Positions 24,451 to 37,800 of a DNA stretch of 64,000 bases are shown here, one piece after another. The notes beneath the pieces were generated by a model. That model was not told the DNA's origin. It did no database searches and worked only from the letters and a program-made list of their open reading frames with translations. Each line of letters opens with the position of its first letter. Position 1 is the first letter of the stretch. A program made the translations under genes and the position numbers. Source of the DNA: Squalus acanthias (lineage: Eukaryota); contig CM059431.1 of the NCBI GenBank assembly GCA_030390025.1, positions 128,218,001-128,282,000 of the forward strand. Direction: 5' to 3'.

Positions 24451-27400
24451 AGAACATAAGAACATAAGAAATAGGAGCAGGAGTAGGCCATCCGGCCCTT
24501 CGAGCCTGCTCCGCCATTCAATGAGATCATGGCTGATCTTCTGCCTCAAAACCATTCACAGGCCCTATCGCCATATCCCTTGATGCCCTTACTAGTCAGA
24601 AATCTATTTTGAATATACCCAATGACTGAGCCTCCACAACCCTCTGGGGTAGAGAATTCAAAAGATTCACCACCCTCTGTGTGAAGAAATTTCTTCTCAT
24701 CTCAGTCCTGAATGGACTACACTTTATCTTGAGGCTGTGGCCCCTGGTTCTGAACTCCCCAGCCAAGGGAAACATTCTCCCAGCATCCATCCTATCAAGC
24801 CCTGTAATAAGTTTGTATGCTTCAATGAGATCCCCTCTCATTCTTCTGAATTCAAGAGAATACAGGCCTAGTTTACTCAATCTCTTCTCATATGACAGTC
24901 CCACCATCCCAGGAATCAATCTCGTGAACCTTCGTTGCACTCCCTTTATGGCAAGTATATCCTTCCTTAGGTAAGGAGACCAAAATTGTACACAGTACTC
25001 CAGGTGTGGTCTCACCAAGGCCCTATATAATTGGAGTAAGACTTCTTTACTCCTGTACTCAAATCCTCTTGTAATGAAGGCCAGCATACCATTTGCCTTC
25101 CTAATGGCTTGCTGCACCTGCACATTCACTTTCAGTGACTCATGTACAAGAACACCCAGAACCCTTTGAGCATCTGCATTCCCCAATCTTTCACCATTTA
25201 GGAAATACTCTGCCTTTCTGTTTTTTCTACCAAAGTGGATAACTTCACATTTATCCACATTATATTCCATCTGCCATGTTCTCGCCCATTCACTGAGCCT
25301 GTCGAGATCCCCTTGAAGCCTCTTCACATCCTCTTCGCAACTGACCCTGCCACCTAGCTTTGTATCATCAGCAAATTTGGAAATGTTACATTTAGTCCCC
25401 TCATCCAAATCATTGATATAGATTGTGATTAGCTGGGGCCCAAGCTCCGATCCTTGCGGTACCCCACTAGTCACAGCGTGCCATCCTGAAAAAGACCCGT
25501 TTATCCCTTATCTTTGTTTTCTGTCTATTAACCAATTCTCAATCCATGCTAGTATATTACCCCCAATTCCATGTGCCCTAATTTTGTTCACCAACCTCTT
25601 GTGTGGGACCTTATCGAAGGCCTTCTGAAAATCCAGATGCACCACATCTACCGGTTCCCTTTTGTTTACTCCACTAGTTACATCCTCAAAGAACTCCAAT
25701 AGGTTTTTCAAACAGGATTTCCCAACTACTGATGTGAGGCTAACAGGTCTGTAGTTCCCCGTTTTCTCTCTCCCTCCTTTCTTAAATAGTGGGGTTACAT
25801 TTGCTATCCTCCAATCTGCAGGAACCGTTCCAGAATCTATAGAATTTTGGAAGATGTCAACCAATGCGTCCACTATCCCAATGGTCACCTCTTTCAAAAC
25901 CCTAGGATGTAGGTCATCCGGTCCTTGGGATTTGTCGACTTTTAGTCCCATTAATTTTGCTAGTACTGTTTTTTCACTAATAATCATTTCTTTAAGTTCC
26001 TCATTCTCGTCACACCCTTGGTTTTCTCGTATTTCTGGGAGGTTTATTGTGTCTTCCTCCGTGAAGACAGAAACAAAGTATTTATTTAATTTCTCTGCCA
26101 TTTCCTCATTCCCGACTATAAATTCTCCCGTCTCTGACTGTAAAGGACCTACATTTACCTTCGCCAGTCTTTTCCTTTTCACATACCTATAGAAGCTTTT
26201 ACAATCCAGTTTTATATTTTTCGCTAGTTTGTGCTCGTATTCCATTTTCCCTTTGTTTATCAATTTCTTGGTCCCCCTTTGCTGATTTCTAAAAAGATCC
26301 CAATCCTCAGGCTGACCGCTTTCTCTGGCAACTTTATAAGCTTCCTCCTTTGACTTAATACTAGCTTTAATTTCTTTTGTTAGCCATGGTTGGATCACTT
26401 TTCCTTTTGGGTTTTTATGCCCTAGAGGAATATATGTTTGTTGCAAATTATGCATTATTTCCTTGAATGTTAGCCATTGTATGTCCACCTTCATACCTTT
26501 TAGTGTAGTCTCCCAATCTACCATAGCCAACTTGTCCCTCATACCCTTGTCGTTTCCTCTGTTTAGATTGAAGACCTTAGTTTCAGATTGGACTACATCA
26601 CTCTCAAACATAATGTAAAATTGTCCCTAAAGACCACTTTACCACAAGATTATTGATTAGCCCTTTCTCATTACACAGTACCAGATCCAGAATAACCTGT
26701 TCCCTGGTTGGTTCCTCCACATACTGATCCAGGAAACCATCTTGCAGGCATTCCAAGAATTCGTCCTCCACACCATTAATGGTAATTTGATTTGCCCAGT
26801 CAATATGTAGATTAAAGTCCCCCATGATTACCGTGTTGCCCTTGTTGCATGCACTTCTAATCTCTTGATTGATACTGTGCCCTACATTACCACTACTGTT
26901 TGGTGGCCTATACACAACTCCCACCAATGTTTTCCGCCCTTTGCTGTTTCTTAGCTCCACCCAAACTGATTCCAGTTCTACATCACAATCTGCCAAGCCA
27001 AGATCTTTTATTTCTACCATACCGATCTCATCCCTTATTAACAGCACTACGCCACCTCCTTTTCCTTTTTGTCTGTCCTTCTTAAATGTCGAGTACCCTG
27101 GAACATTCAGTTGCCAGCTGTGGTTACCTTGCAAGCATGTCTCTGTAATGGCAATTACATCATACCCATTTACTTCTATTAGTGCCATTAATTCAACAAC
27201 CTTGTTGCAAATGCTACGTGCATTTAGATAAAGTACCTTCAACTTTGCCTGTTTAATATTTTTCTGCACTTTGACCCTCTTTACTGTTGGCCTTTGTTTC
27301 TGCTCTCTACTAGTTTGGCTGACTACTTTTCTAACTTGCACTTCCAGCTTTGTTTCTCTCCATTCTGGGCCCACACTTAGTTTCCCAGCCCCCTGACAAA

Positions 27401-27930
27401 CTAGTTTAAATCCTTCCCTGTGAGGATATTGGTCCCGTTTCTGCCGAGGTGTAACCCGTCCAGCTTATACAGGTCCCACCTTCCCCAGAATCGGCCCCAA
27501 TGCCTCAGGAATTTAAATCCCTCCCTCCTACACCATCTCTCCAGCCACGCATTCATCTAGTTTATTATTCTATTCCTGCTCTCGCTAGCATGTGGCACTG
27601 GGAGTAATCCTGAGATTACTACCTTTGAGGTCCTGCATTTTAATTTATTTCCTAGCTCCCGATATTCTGCTTGCAGGACCTCGTCTCTCTTTCTACCTAT
27701 GTCATTGGTACCAATATGGACCACGACCTCTGGCTGTTCACCCTCCCCCTTCAGAATGTCCTGCAGCCACTCAGTGACATCCTTGACCCTGGCACCAGGG
27801 AGGCAACATACCATCCTGGAGTCATGTTTGTGGCCACAGAAACGTCTATCTGTTTCCCTTATGATAGAATCCCCTATCACTATTGGTCGCCCACTCTTTT
27901 TCCTCCCCTCCTGTGCAGCTGAGCCACTCG
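24451..27930 (-). mobile_element. Near full-length CR1 LINE: ORF1 esterase (SGNH) + ORF2 APE-RT
   Basis: ORF1 has IGDSII...LPGARVKDV...HIGTND (27557-27880). ORF2 EN has YLNARS..ITET..MGDFN, followed by the RT motifs. There is an internal deletion near 25715 and a (TTCTTATG)n tail. The 5' UTR may extend to about 28545. Confidence 0.9.
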
Positions 27931-28069
27931 CACTGCAAAGCCTGTTTTTATAGGCCCTGAAACAAAGGAGCTTGCTGAGCCCTGCTACAGGCGAACCAGT
28001 TTAATCTAGTTTCCCGAATTAACTGCCTTCAGCTGCTCTGAATTGTAGGCTGGAATTGTAGGCCTTGTA

Positions 28070-28423
28070 CTCTTTTGAGTCAACATAAAACTACTGTAAA
28101 TTAATCAAAACTTCAAATAAAACTTATCGCATTAAATTAAAATAACTTTGCCCGGGGAGACGATGCACTCCAGTCCCTGCGGCACCCACCGGTCTCAGAA
28201 GGCTTCAAGTGTGCCGGCGGACACCGCGTGCTCCATCTCCAGGGCCACCCGGGCGCGAACATAGCCGCGGAAGAGAGGCAGGCAATTGGGCCGAACGACC
28301 CCCTCGACCGCCTGCTGCCTGGACCTGTTAATGGCCACTTTGGCCAGGCCCAGGAGCAGTCCTACGAGGAGGTCCTCCGACCTGCCCGCTCCCCTCCACA
28401 CCGGGTGACTGTAGATCAGGAGC
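28070..28423 (-). mobile_element. Tx1-clade LINE 3' fragment
   Basis: LLLGLAKVAINRSR...LFRGYVRARVALE...AF-RW resembles the Tx1 ORF2 C-terminus. Flanked by the 13-bp direct repeat TGTAGGCCTTGTA (28057-28069 and 28424-28436). Confidence 0.65.
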
Positions 28424-28564
28424 TGTAGGCCTTGTATATCCCTTTATAACCCTGCTTAAGGCGGGGAAATTTAGATTTTAAACAGTAACAGTAAATGTGA
28501 AACAAACAAAAGTTTGATATTAGCAAACAGTTAAGACTTCCTGACTCACCCAACTCGCAGCATT

Positions 28565-29739
28565 TTATTCGAACCGCAGTCTGACGAGGCAGTCACGGAT
28601 CCCCCTTCCAGAAGGCCGATTGAGTGTCTGCCTCTTCCCTCGCTCCTGTTCCTCCTCTTCTCCTCGTCCTCCTCCTCCTCCTCCTCCTCCACTCCCTCTT
28701 CCTCCTCCTGAGTTGGTCCTGCAATCCCTGGTGACAAGGGCTGGGCCCTCATGATGGCCAAGTTGTGGAGCATGCAGCAGACCACCATGAAATGGGACAC
28801 CCACTCAGCTGAGTACTGGAGGGCTCCTCCCGAGTGGTCAAGGCAGTGGAACCATTGCTTGAGCACCCCGATGGTCTGTTCGATGACGTTCCTGGTGGCA
28901 GCATAGCTGTCGTTATTTAATTGCTGGGCAGGAGTGTTGGGGTTGCAGAGGGAAGTCATGAGCCAGGTGGAGAGCGGATAGCCCTTGTCTCCGAGTAGCC
29001 AGCCGCGAGCTTGACGTGGGGGCTGGGAGAGTGTTGGCACACCAGTCTGGTGCAGGATGAAGCATCGTGCCTGCTGCCAGGATAGCGGGCATTCACATTG
29101 AGGATTTGTTGTGTGTTTGCACATCAACTGCACATTAAGTGATTGGTAGCTTTTACGGTTATGGACGATGTTAGGATTGTTATGCGGTGCCCGCAAAGCT
29201 ATGTGGGTGTAGCCAATGGCGCCCTGCACCATGGGGAATCCCACTATCTTGGCAAAGCCACATGCATGTTCATCCTGCTTCTCTCTTGTGATGGGGAAGT
29301 AAATGTAATCCCTTCTCCTACTGTAGAGAGCCTCTGTGACACCCCAGATGCAGCGATGGATGGCGAACTGCGAGATGTTCGCTATATCTCATGTTGCAGA
29401 CTGGAAGATCCCTGGCAAAGAAATTGTGGGCGACGGTGATCTTGACTGCCACTGGGAAGCCGTGGTCTCCCTGATCTGAGGCTCGAGGTCTGGTTGCAGG
29501 AGATGGCAGAGTTCTGTGACCACCTCCTTGGTGAAGCGGAGCCTTCTAATACACTGCTGCGCTCTTAATTGGGGGTAGAAGAAGTGCTCTCAAAATACCC
29601 TCAGCGGGTAAGACCTCCTGTTGAAAGCCCCGATGGCCCTCCTCCTCCCTCTGGCCACAGGTTCCAGTCTTTCTCGCTGCCTCCGCTTCCTCTGCAGTAG
29701 ATCCTGGAGGGCGAGGTCGACTGCCAGTACAGCCCCCAT
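28565..29739 (-). pseudogene. Harbinger DDE transposase (HARBI1-like), disrupted
   Basis: CIRRLRFTKE, GAIGYTHI (degenerate IDCTH), [37 protein letters not shown] and an acidic tail. Contains stops and frameshifts. Confidence 0.85.
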
Positions 29740-30783
29740 TAATGTAACCAAGTGTAGCACTTTGATATGTTGTGAGAATAAATGTGACTACTTTTTAGTT
29801 ACCACAACACTCCTGATACAAAAGAACCTTTAAATTACTGAATTAAACTGTTTCACAATGTCAAACTGACAAGAAAGCAATGAAACTCCACTAACCTGAC
29901 AGCTGCGACTCATTTCTCATGATCCCTTTAAATAATGTCCCTGGAGTTGGCATCCACCTGCTTGACAGCTCCTGTCCCTGTCGCTGTTGGGGTGAGTCGC
30001 TAAGGTAGGTGGCGAAAATAAATTTTGCAGATCAGGCGCCCAGTGAGTGTTGCACATTCACTGACATCATGATCTGCCTGGTGTTGAAGTCCCCGGCGGT
30101 ACCTTGTACCGGCGCCGCAACAGGGAGGCCGAATTTGCAGTGCATCGTTGGACCAACCTCGCCCCGGCGCTACTGCATCAGCGTCCCATTACCGCCCTCT
30201 GCAGACGCTCATGGGAGGCGCTAACCAACCAAATTTTTCCCCCAAGGAGTCTAATGATGTTTCAAACATGAGTAAAGAACGTCTTTTGTTTGTCCTTACC
30301 CAATATGATGGTTAACGCACTTCCAGCGGAATTGCGCGCACACTTCCTGCTTGCCATATTGGGGCCTTAGCAGTCCGAGTCGCGCCAAAAAATGGGCACT
30401 GCGCAGGTCAATTTCTCAGCCAGCACCTTTCAAAATGATTAGTTAGAGAGAGAGAGAATTGAGTGATGCTCATCATAAATCTTTGGATGAACTGATGCCT
30501 AATGAACTTATTGGTAGGATGAGGTGCTTTTGCCATCAGGCATTGGTATGAAACTGCCAATAAAGTTTGGCCATCAGGTTCATTCAACAAAGTCTCTATG
30601 AACCTTTTTGTTTGTTCATTTCCTCTACCAGAAGAAAAGGTAAGACAGAGATTGGTGTAAACCTAACACTTTTATTGACAGTTAATCACACAGTAGAGTA
30701 TGCATAAAAAAAACATTAACATGTTAGTAAGTTCCTGTCATTCTGCTGAATAGCTAAGAGACACCTGAACAAACTTGAATGTG

Positions 30784-30937
30784 ATGTGGAGATGCCGGTG
30801 TTGGACTGGGGTGGACAAATGTGAGAAGTCGCACAACACCAAGGTTATAGTCCAACAGTTTTATTTGAAATCACAAGCTTTCGGAGCGCTGCTCTTTCAT
30901 CAGGTGAAGTGAACCTGACGAAGGAGCAGCGCTCCGA
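30784..30937 (-). mobile_element. Minimal inverted Penelope-like insertion with two opposed hammerhead cores
   Basis: 13-bp TSD AAACTTGAATGTG (30771-30783 and 30938-30950). CTGATGA..GAAAGCTT on the minus strand (30903-30875) and CTGACGA..GAAA on the plus strand from 30915. Confidence 0.8.
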
Positions 30938-31016
30938 AAACTTGAATGTGGCCTAGTGCTGTTCCTGTACAACGAATCAGACTGATAGAATTAGGAGAGA
31001 CTCTTCCCTCACGGTG

Positions 31017-31383
31017 TTAGAGGGCTTGACCAGGTAGATGCTGAGAGGCTGTTTCCCTTGGCTGGAGAGTCTAGAACCTGGGGGCATAGTCTCAATGTAA
31101 GGGGTGAGCCATTAAGGACTGAGATGAGGAGAAATTTCTTCACTCAGAGGGTGGTGAATCTTTGTAATTCTCTAACCCAGAGGGCTGTGGAGGCTCAGTC
31201 GTTGAGTATATTCAAGACTGAGATTGATAGATTTTTGGAAACTAAGGGAATCAATGGATATGGGGCTAGTGCAGGAAAGTGGAGTTGAGGTAGGAGATCA
31301 GCCATGATCTTATTGAATGGCGGAGCAGGCTCGAGGGGCTGTATGACCTTCTCCTGTTCCTATTTCTTATGTTCTTATGTTCT
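31017..31383 (+). mobile_element. CR1 3' fragment
   Basis: RTEMRRNFFTQRVVNL and a (TTCTTATG)n tail. Confidence 0.85.
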
Positions 31384-31704
31384 TAGACATTTGCAACCTA
31401 TTACCAGTTATGTGGGACCATCTGGTTCTTTCAGCCTAATAATTTTTCTTCATGTCAATGTTCCTATTAAACTCTGTATATTTACTTTTTACATTATGTG
31501 CATATTTATTTATTTTCATTGCCTTTATATCTGATTGACTTGAATTCTTATTGATTCCTCAAAAGTAATAAGAGTTATAACAGGTCAAGATGAAAATGAT
31601 TCACGGTGGATGAGACTCCCAGCCAGGAGTAACATTGTCCCTCTCAGGAATCATGTTTTAACACTAAACTTTTCACAATTTCATTAGGGGTTCTCAGCTT
31701 CAAT

Positions 31705-32438
31705 GGGCCGAAAATTGATCCCGGGACGCGAGAGTACGCACTGCATACTCTCGCGTATTCCCACTCCAATTGCCGGTTTTCTGCATGCCCTGCGCATGCG
31801 CTGAAAACCGGCAATTGCTCTTCCGAAAAGGGGGCGGGGCCTGGCTGCATCGCGTGCGCGCTACAGGCTGCGCGCACGCTGTGCACTTCATGCTTTGGAC
31901 GCGCAGGTAAGTAGGGAAGATTTTGGAAATGTAAAAAGGAGGAGTAAGACCCGCTTTTAAGAAGGTAAGTAGTGAATTAAGTATTTTTTTGAATTTTTTT
32001 TTACAGGTATATCTTTTTTATAGACTTTAAAGACAGGTAAGTTTATTTTTATAACTTTTTAAAAGATTTTAAATTTTTTCAAAAATTTAATTTTTTATTT
32101 AAAATGGTTAATTTAATTAACTATACTTATTTTATTAATGTGATGGGTTTTTTTTAATTTAATTGAGGTTTAGCTGTTATTTTGGGGGGGTGTAAGATTC
32201 ATAAGTCATGCTGTGAGACTTATGAATGGAAGATGGTGTGCTGCCATTGGCTCTAACTGAGTCACGTGATCCCACAGCTCGCACGAATTAACTACGCCGC
32301 TGGGATACGCAAGCCCAGCACAGCTGATGTCTGGAACATCAATTTCGTGCGAGCTGGATCAGAAAAAGCATAAGCGAGGTGAGACATCGCGGGGAAGGCT
32401 TACCCCCACGGGAACAGAGCGAGATCAATTTCTGGGCC
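31705..32438. mobile_element. Harbinger-like MITE
   Basis: TIR GGGCCGAAAATTGATC / GATCAATTTCTGGGCC. CpG-rich ends with a T-rich middle. Confidence 0.7.
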
Positions 32439-32594
32439 ATTATGTTGGGGAGTCTCTCATGCCTTCAGCTGTGAATATATGATGATTGAAAAACAGAAAC
32501 AGAGACACAATCAATCAATCAGATTTATAAACAGAAACTGCAAGTAAGACAACCACTGATGTGGGGAATCATATTCACTGGTTTGTATTATTGC

Positions 32595-33530
32595 AAAAAG
32601 CAGAGAGTAGGGGTAAAGGGTAGCTATTCAGAGTGGCAGAAGTTGGGAAGTGGGGTCCCACAAGGATCAGTGTTGGGACCATTGTTGTTCACAATTTATA
32701 TTAACGATTTAATCTTAGGAATCAAAAGCACAATTTCTAAATTTGCAGATGACACCAAATTGGCGGGGGGTGGGGGGGTGGTAGTCAACACTGAGGAGGA
32801 CTGCAACAAATTACAAGAAGACATTAATAAATTTGCAGAATTGGCAAATGAATTTCAACATAAACAAGTGTGAGGTATTACATTCTGGTAAGAAAAATAA
32901 GGAGGTCACATATCACTTGGAAAATAAGAATCTAAATGTGATAGAGGAACAAAGGGATCTGGGAATAAAAATACACAAATCACTAAAAGTAGCGACGCAG
33001 GTTAATATGGCCATAAAAAAAGCAAACCAAAAACTAGGGTTTATTTGTGTCGAACCTTGGTTAGACCACACTTGGAGTACTGTGTACAGTCTGGTCACCA
33101 TATTATAAAAATGATATAGAGGCACTGGAGGTGGTGCAGAAATGATTTACAAGGATGATGCCTGAACTGCGAGGTTATACGTATCAGGATAGGATGAAAA
33201 GAGAAGGCTGAGGGGTGACCTAATAGAGGTCTTTAAAATTATGAAAGGTTTTGATAGAGTAGACACAGAGAAAGTGTTTCCACTGGGGAAGAGCAAAACT
33301 AGAGGTCATCAATATAAGATAGTCACTAAAAATCAAATAGGGAATTCAGAAGAAACTTCTTTACCCAGAGATTGGTGAGAATGTGGAACTCAGTACCACA
33401 GGGAGTGGTTGAGACGAATAGTATAGATGAGGAAGAATGGGAGGAGACTTGAGTGGAGCATAAACGCCAGCATAGGCTGGTTGGGCCAAATAGCTTGTTT
33501 CTGTACTGTATATTCTATATAATTCTATGT
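32595..33530 (+). mobile_element. CR1 fragment (RT C-terminal half), decayed
   Basis: [25 protein letters not shown] and an ATTCTATGTA tail. Confidence 0.85.
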
Positions 33531-34882
33531 AAATCTGTATAATTCTATGTAATACTCAAAGACAATCTGTATTCTTTCAACTTAATGAATCTTATCAGAA
33601 CTGTTGCATTGTATGTTTACTTGCCATGAAATAAAGCAACTTAATGATTCATATCTAGCTTTATCTTATCAAATGGTTTCTCGGCCTGCCTTTGAAGAGA
33701 TTGAAGAAGTACATGTGCGAAAGACATGAATATCCAATTCAAATCACAAAGGAATACTATTGTTACACTCCATATTATGGTATTGTATAGTTAGATATTG
33801 GGCAATAAACTTAGATTGCTTACAGGAGTGACTAGTTATACTGTATCCAGAGAATACATATTGTGCACTGGATATTTCATAGACAGCAGTTGCCAATGGG
33901 CCGGGGGGAGGATTCTGTTAAGGCGGATCATTATTTAAAGATTCTAGCAATCATTTATTTAGAATTTATATATAAACACATTTATAATAGTTCCTCCTAG
34001 GCACATTCCTCTGTTTTGAAATGTCTCTAAAGTCTTACCTGTATAATAGAAGTACATGATTCAAAGCTCACAGTTCAGTTCTGCAAGAGCAAAGTAGCCT
34101 CAGAAAGATATTCTCACAGCTGAGAAATACCTCTCAGGAATTTTATAGAGTGATGCCAAAGCAGGTGAAGAAAGCTTGGTGACTCACAATATATTCTAAT
34201 ATCAAAGGCTTTCCTGGACTAGTTACGAGTATAATATGACCAGATAGTTTTTCAACTTTCAGCTCAGAGTTAAAATTTAAGCCTATTTGCACTTCAGCAA
34301 AATATGTTCAAAATACTGTAATTAACTATGACTTTATGAAGGACATGCACAGCATGAGCTGTCTACATACACTACATATTTATATAGCCCCTTTTTTATA
34401 GAAGCTTTTGCCAGCCATTTATGGCTACCTGTGGGAGCTGAACGAGCTGGAGTCTGCTGCCAGAGCCCTAAGCTAGAGCGTCTCTAGTTTGCTGATAAGG
34501 TTCATTAAGGTCACTTTGGCAGCCACAGTGATTTAAAAAAAACCTACCAAGCTTCCAGAAATCACAAAGGAACCTGAGGCACAGCACAGAGATTCCTCAC
34601 AGTTAAAAGTATTCATTCCAAAATAAATCTCTCCCTTTCAAAAAAACTGCAGGCAGTTTCTCATTTAACTTCAGAAACCAAAATGCAAACCATTTTAATT
34701 ATAGAGCTAACCCTCGATATTTTCTTCCTTGAAAATGATCAAGCAACCGCACACCATGCCACAAACCCACTGTGTATAGTATGGTGAACCTAGATAGGTG
34801 AGTCACCCTGGGGGCATGTCACAGTTCATATATTTGGGCTCCACAATTACAGTGAAAATTAAATGAACAGGATTTTAAAAAA

Positions 34883-37800
34883 TTTGTTCCTGGGATGTGG
34901 GCGTCGCTGGCAAGGCCAGCATTTATTGCCCGTCCCTAATTGCCCTTGAGAAGGTGGTGGTGAGCCGCATTCTTGAACTGCTGCACTCCGTGCGGTGAAG
35001 GTACTCCCACAGTGCTGTTAGGCAGGGAGTTCCAGGATTTTGACCCAGCGACGATGAAGGATCGGCGATATACTTCTAAGTCATGATGGTGCGTGACTTG
35101 GAGGGGAACTTGGAGGTGGTGGTGTTCCCATGCGCCTGCTGCCCTTCTCCTTCTAGGTGGAAGAGGTCGCGGGTTTGGGAGGTGCTGCTGAAGAAACCTT
35201 GGCGAGTTGCTGCAGTGCATCTTGTAGATGGTACATACTGCAGACACAGTGTGCCGGTAGTGGAGGAAGTGAATGTTTAAGGTGGTGGATGGGGTGCCAA
35301 TCAAGCGGGCTGCTTTGTCCTGGATGGTGTCAAGCTTCTTGAGTGTTGTTGGAGCTGCACTCATCCAGGCAAGTGGAGAGTATTCCATCACACTCCTTAC
35401 TTGATGGTAGAAAGGCTTTGGGGAGTCAGGAGGTGAGACACTCGCCGCAGAATACCTAGCCTCTGACCTGCTCTTGTTGCCACAGTATTTATGTGGCTGG
35501 TCCAGTTAAGTTTCTGGTTAATGGTGACCCCCAGGATGTTGATGGTGGGGGATTCGGTGATGGTAATGCCATTGAATGTCAAGGGGTGGTGGTCAGACTC
35601 TCGCTTGGAGGAGATAGTCATTGCCTGGCACTTCTGTGGCGGGAATGTTACCAGCCACTTATCAGCCCAAGCCTGAACGTCGTCCAGGTCTTGTTGTATG
35701 CGGGCATGGACTGATTCATTATCTGAGGAGTTGTGAATGGCACCGAACACTGTGCAGACATCAGCAAACATCACCATTTCTGACCTTATGTTGGAGGGAA
35801 GGTCATTGATGAAGCAGCTGAAGATGGTTGGGCCTAGGACACTGCCCTGAGGAACTCCTGAAGCGATGTCCTGGAGCTGTGATGATTGACCTTGAATCAC
35901 CACAACCATCTTCCTTTGTGCTAGGTATGACTCCAGCCAGTGGAGAGTTTTCCCCCCCGATTTCCATTGACTTCAGTTTTACTAGGGCTCCTTGATGCCA
36001 CACTCGGTCAAATGCTGCCTTGATGTCAAGGGCAGTCACTCTCTGCTCACCTCTGGAATTCAGCTCCTTTGTCCATATTTGGACCAAGACTGTAATGAGG
36101 TCAGGAGCCGAGTGGTCTTGGCGGAACCCAAACTGGGCATCAGTGAGCAGGTTATTGGTGAGTAAGTGCCACTTGATAGCACTGTTGATGACACCTTCCA
36201 TCAATTTGCTGATGATTGAGAGTAGACTGATGAGGCGGTAATTGGCCGGATTGATTTGTCCTGCTTTTTGTGGACAGGACATACCTGGGCAGTTTTCCAC
36301 TTTGTCGGATCGATGCCAGTGTTGTAGCTGTACTGGAACAGCTTGGCTAGAGGCACGGCTAGTTCTGGAGCACAAGTCTTCAGCACGATAGCCGGGATGT
36401 TGTCGGGGCCCATAGTCTTTGCTGTATCCAGTGCGCTCAGCCCTTTCTTGATATCACGTGGAGTGAATCGAATTGACTGTAGACTGGCTTCTGTGATGGT
36501 GGGGACCTCAGGAGGAGGCCGATATGGATCATCCACTCGGCACTTCTGGCTGAAGATGGTTGCAAACGCTTCAGTCTTGTCTTTTGCACTCATGTGCTGG
36601 GCTCCACCATCATTGAGGATGGGAATATTCATGGAGCCTCCTCCTCCTGTTAGTTGTTTAATGGTCCACCACCATTCACGACTGGATGTGGCAGGACTGC
36701 AGAGCTTTGATCTGATCCGTTGATTGTGGGATCACTTAGCTCTGTCTATAGCATGCTGCTTCCGCTTTTTAGCATGCATGAAGTCCTGTGTTGCAGCTTC
36801 CCCAGGTTGTCACCTCATTTTTAGGTACGCCTGGTGCTGCTCCTGGCATGCTCTTCTACACTCCTTGTTGAACCAGAGTTGGTCCCCTGGCTTGATGGTA
36901 ATGGTAGAGGGGTATGCCGGACCATGAGGTTACAGATTGTGGTGGAATACAATTCTGCTGCTGCTGATGGCCCATAGCGCCTCATGGATGCCCAGTTTTG
37001 AGCTGCTAGATCTGTTCTGAATCTATCCCATTTAGCACGGTGGTAGTGTCACACAACACGATGGAGGGTGTCCTCAGTGTGAAGATGGGACTTCGTCTCC
37101 ACAATGACTATGCGGTGGTCACTGCTATCAATACTGTCATGGACAGATGCATCTGTGACAGGTAGATTGGTGAGGACAAGGTCAAGTAGGTTTTTCCCTC
37201 ATGTTGGTTCTCTCACCACCTGTCGCAGGCCCAGACTGGGAGCTAAGTCCTTCAGGACTCGGCCAGCATTGGTGCTACCGAGCCACTCTTGGTGATGGAC
37301 ATTGAAGTCCCCCACCCAGAGTACATTCTGTGCCCTTGCTACTCTTAGTGCTTCTTCCAAGTTGTGTTCAACATGGCGGAGTACTGATTCATCAGCTGAG
37401 GGAGGGCGGTAGGTGGTAATCAGCAGGAGGTTTCCTTGCCCATGCTTGTCCTGAAGCCATGAGACTTCATGGGGTCCGGAATCAATTTTGAGGACTCCCA
37501 GGGCCACACTTTCCAAATTGTACACCACTGTGCTACCACCCCTGGTGGGTCTGTCCTGCCAGTGGGACAGGAAATATCCAGGGATGGTGATGGAGGAGTT
37601 TGGGACATTGGCTGAAAGGTATGATTCTGTGAGTATGACTATGTCAGGCTGTTGCTTGACTAGTCTGTGGGACAACTGTCCCAATTTTCGCACAAGTCCC
37701 CAGATGTTGGTGAAGAGGACTTTGCAGGGTTGACTGGGCTGGGTGTGGTATTGCCGTGTCCATAGCCGGTGCCAAGGTCGATGCCGGGTGGTCTGTCCGG

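Larger units (their letters stand above)
22050..30243. mobile_element. Decayed autonomous-type PIF/Harbinger transposon, interrupted by CR1 and Tx1 insertions
   Basis: TIR-like ends AGGCTAGAAATTC and AAATTTTTCCCCC. Convergent Myb/SANT-like gene (+) and DDE transposase (-). The TSD is not preserved. Confidence 0.65.

Noticed and set aside
34033..34095. Short minus-strand micro-exon (ttgcag...ag|gtaag)
   Set aside because: Stops occur in all three frames and there are no supporting neighbouring exons. At best a UTR exon or chance.
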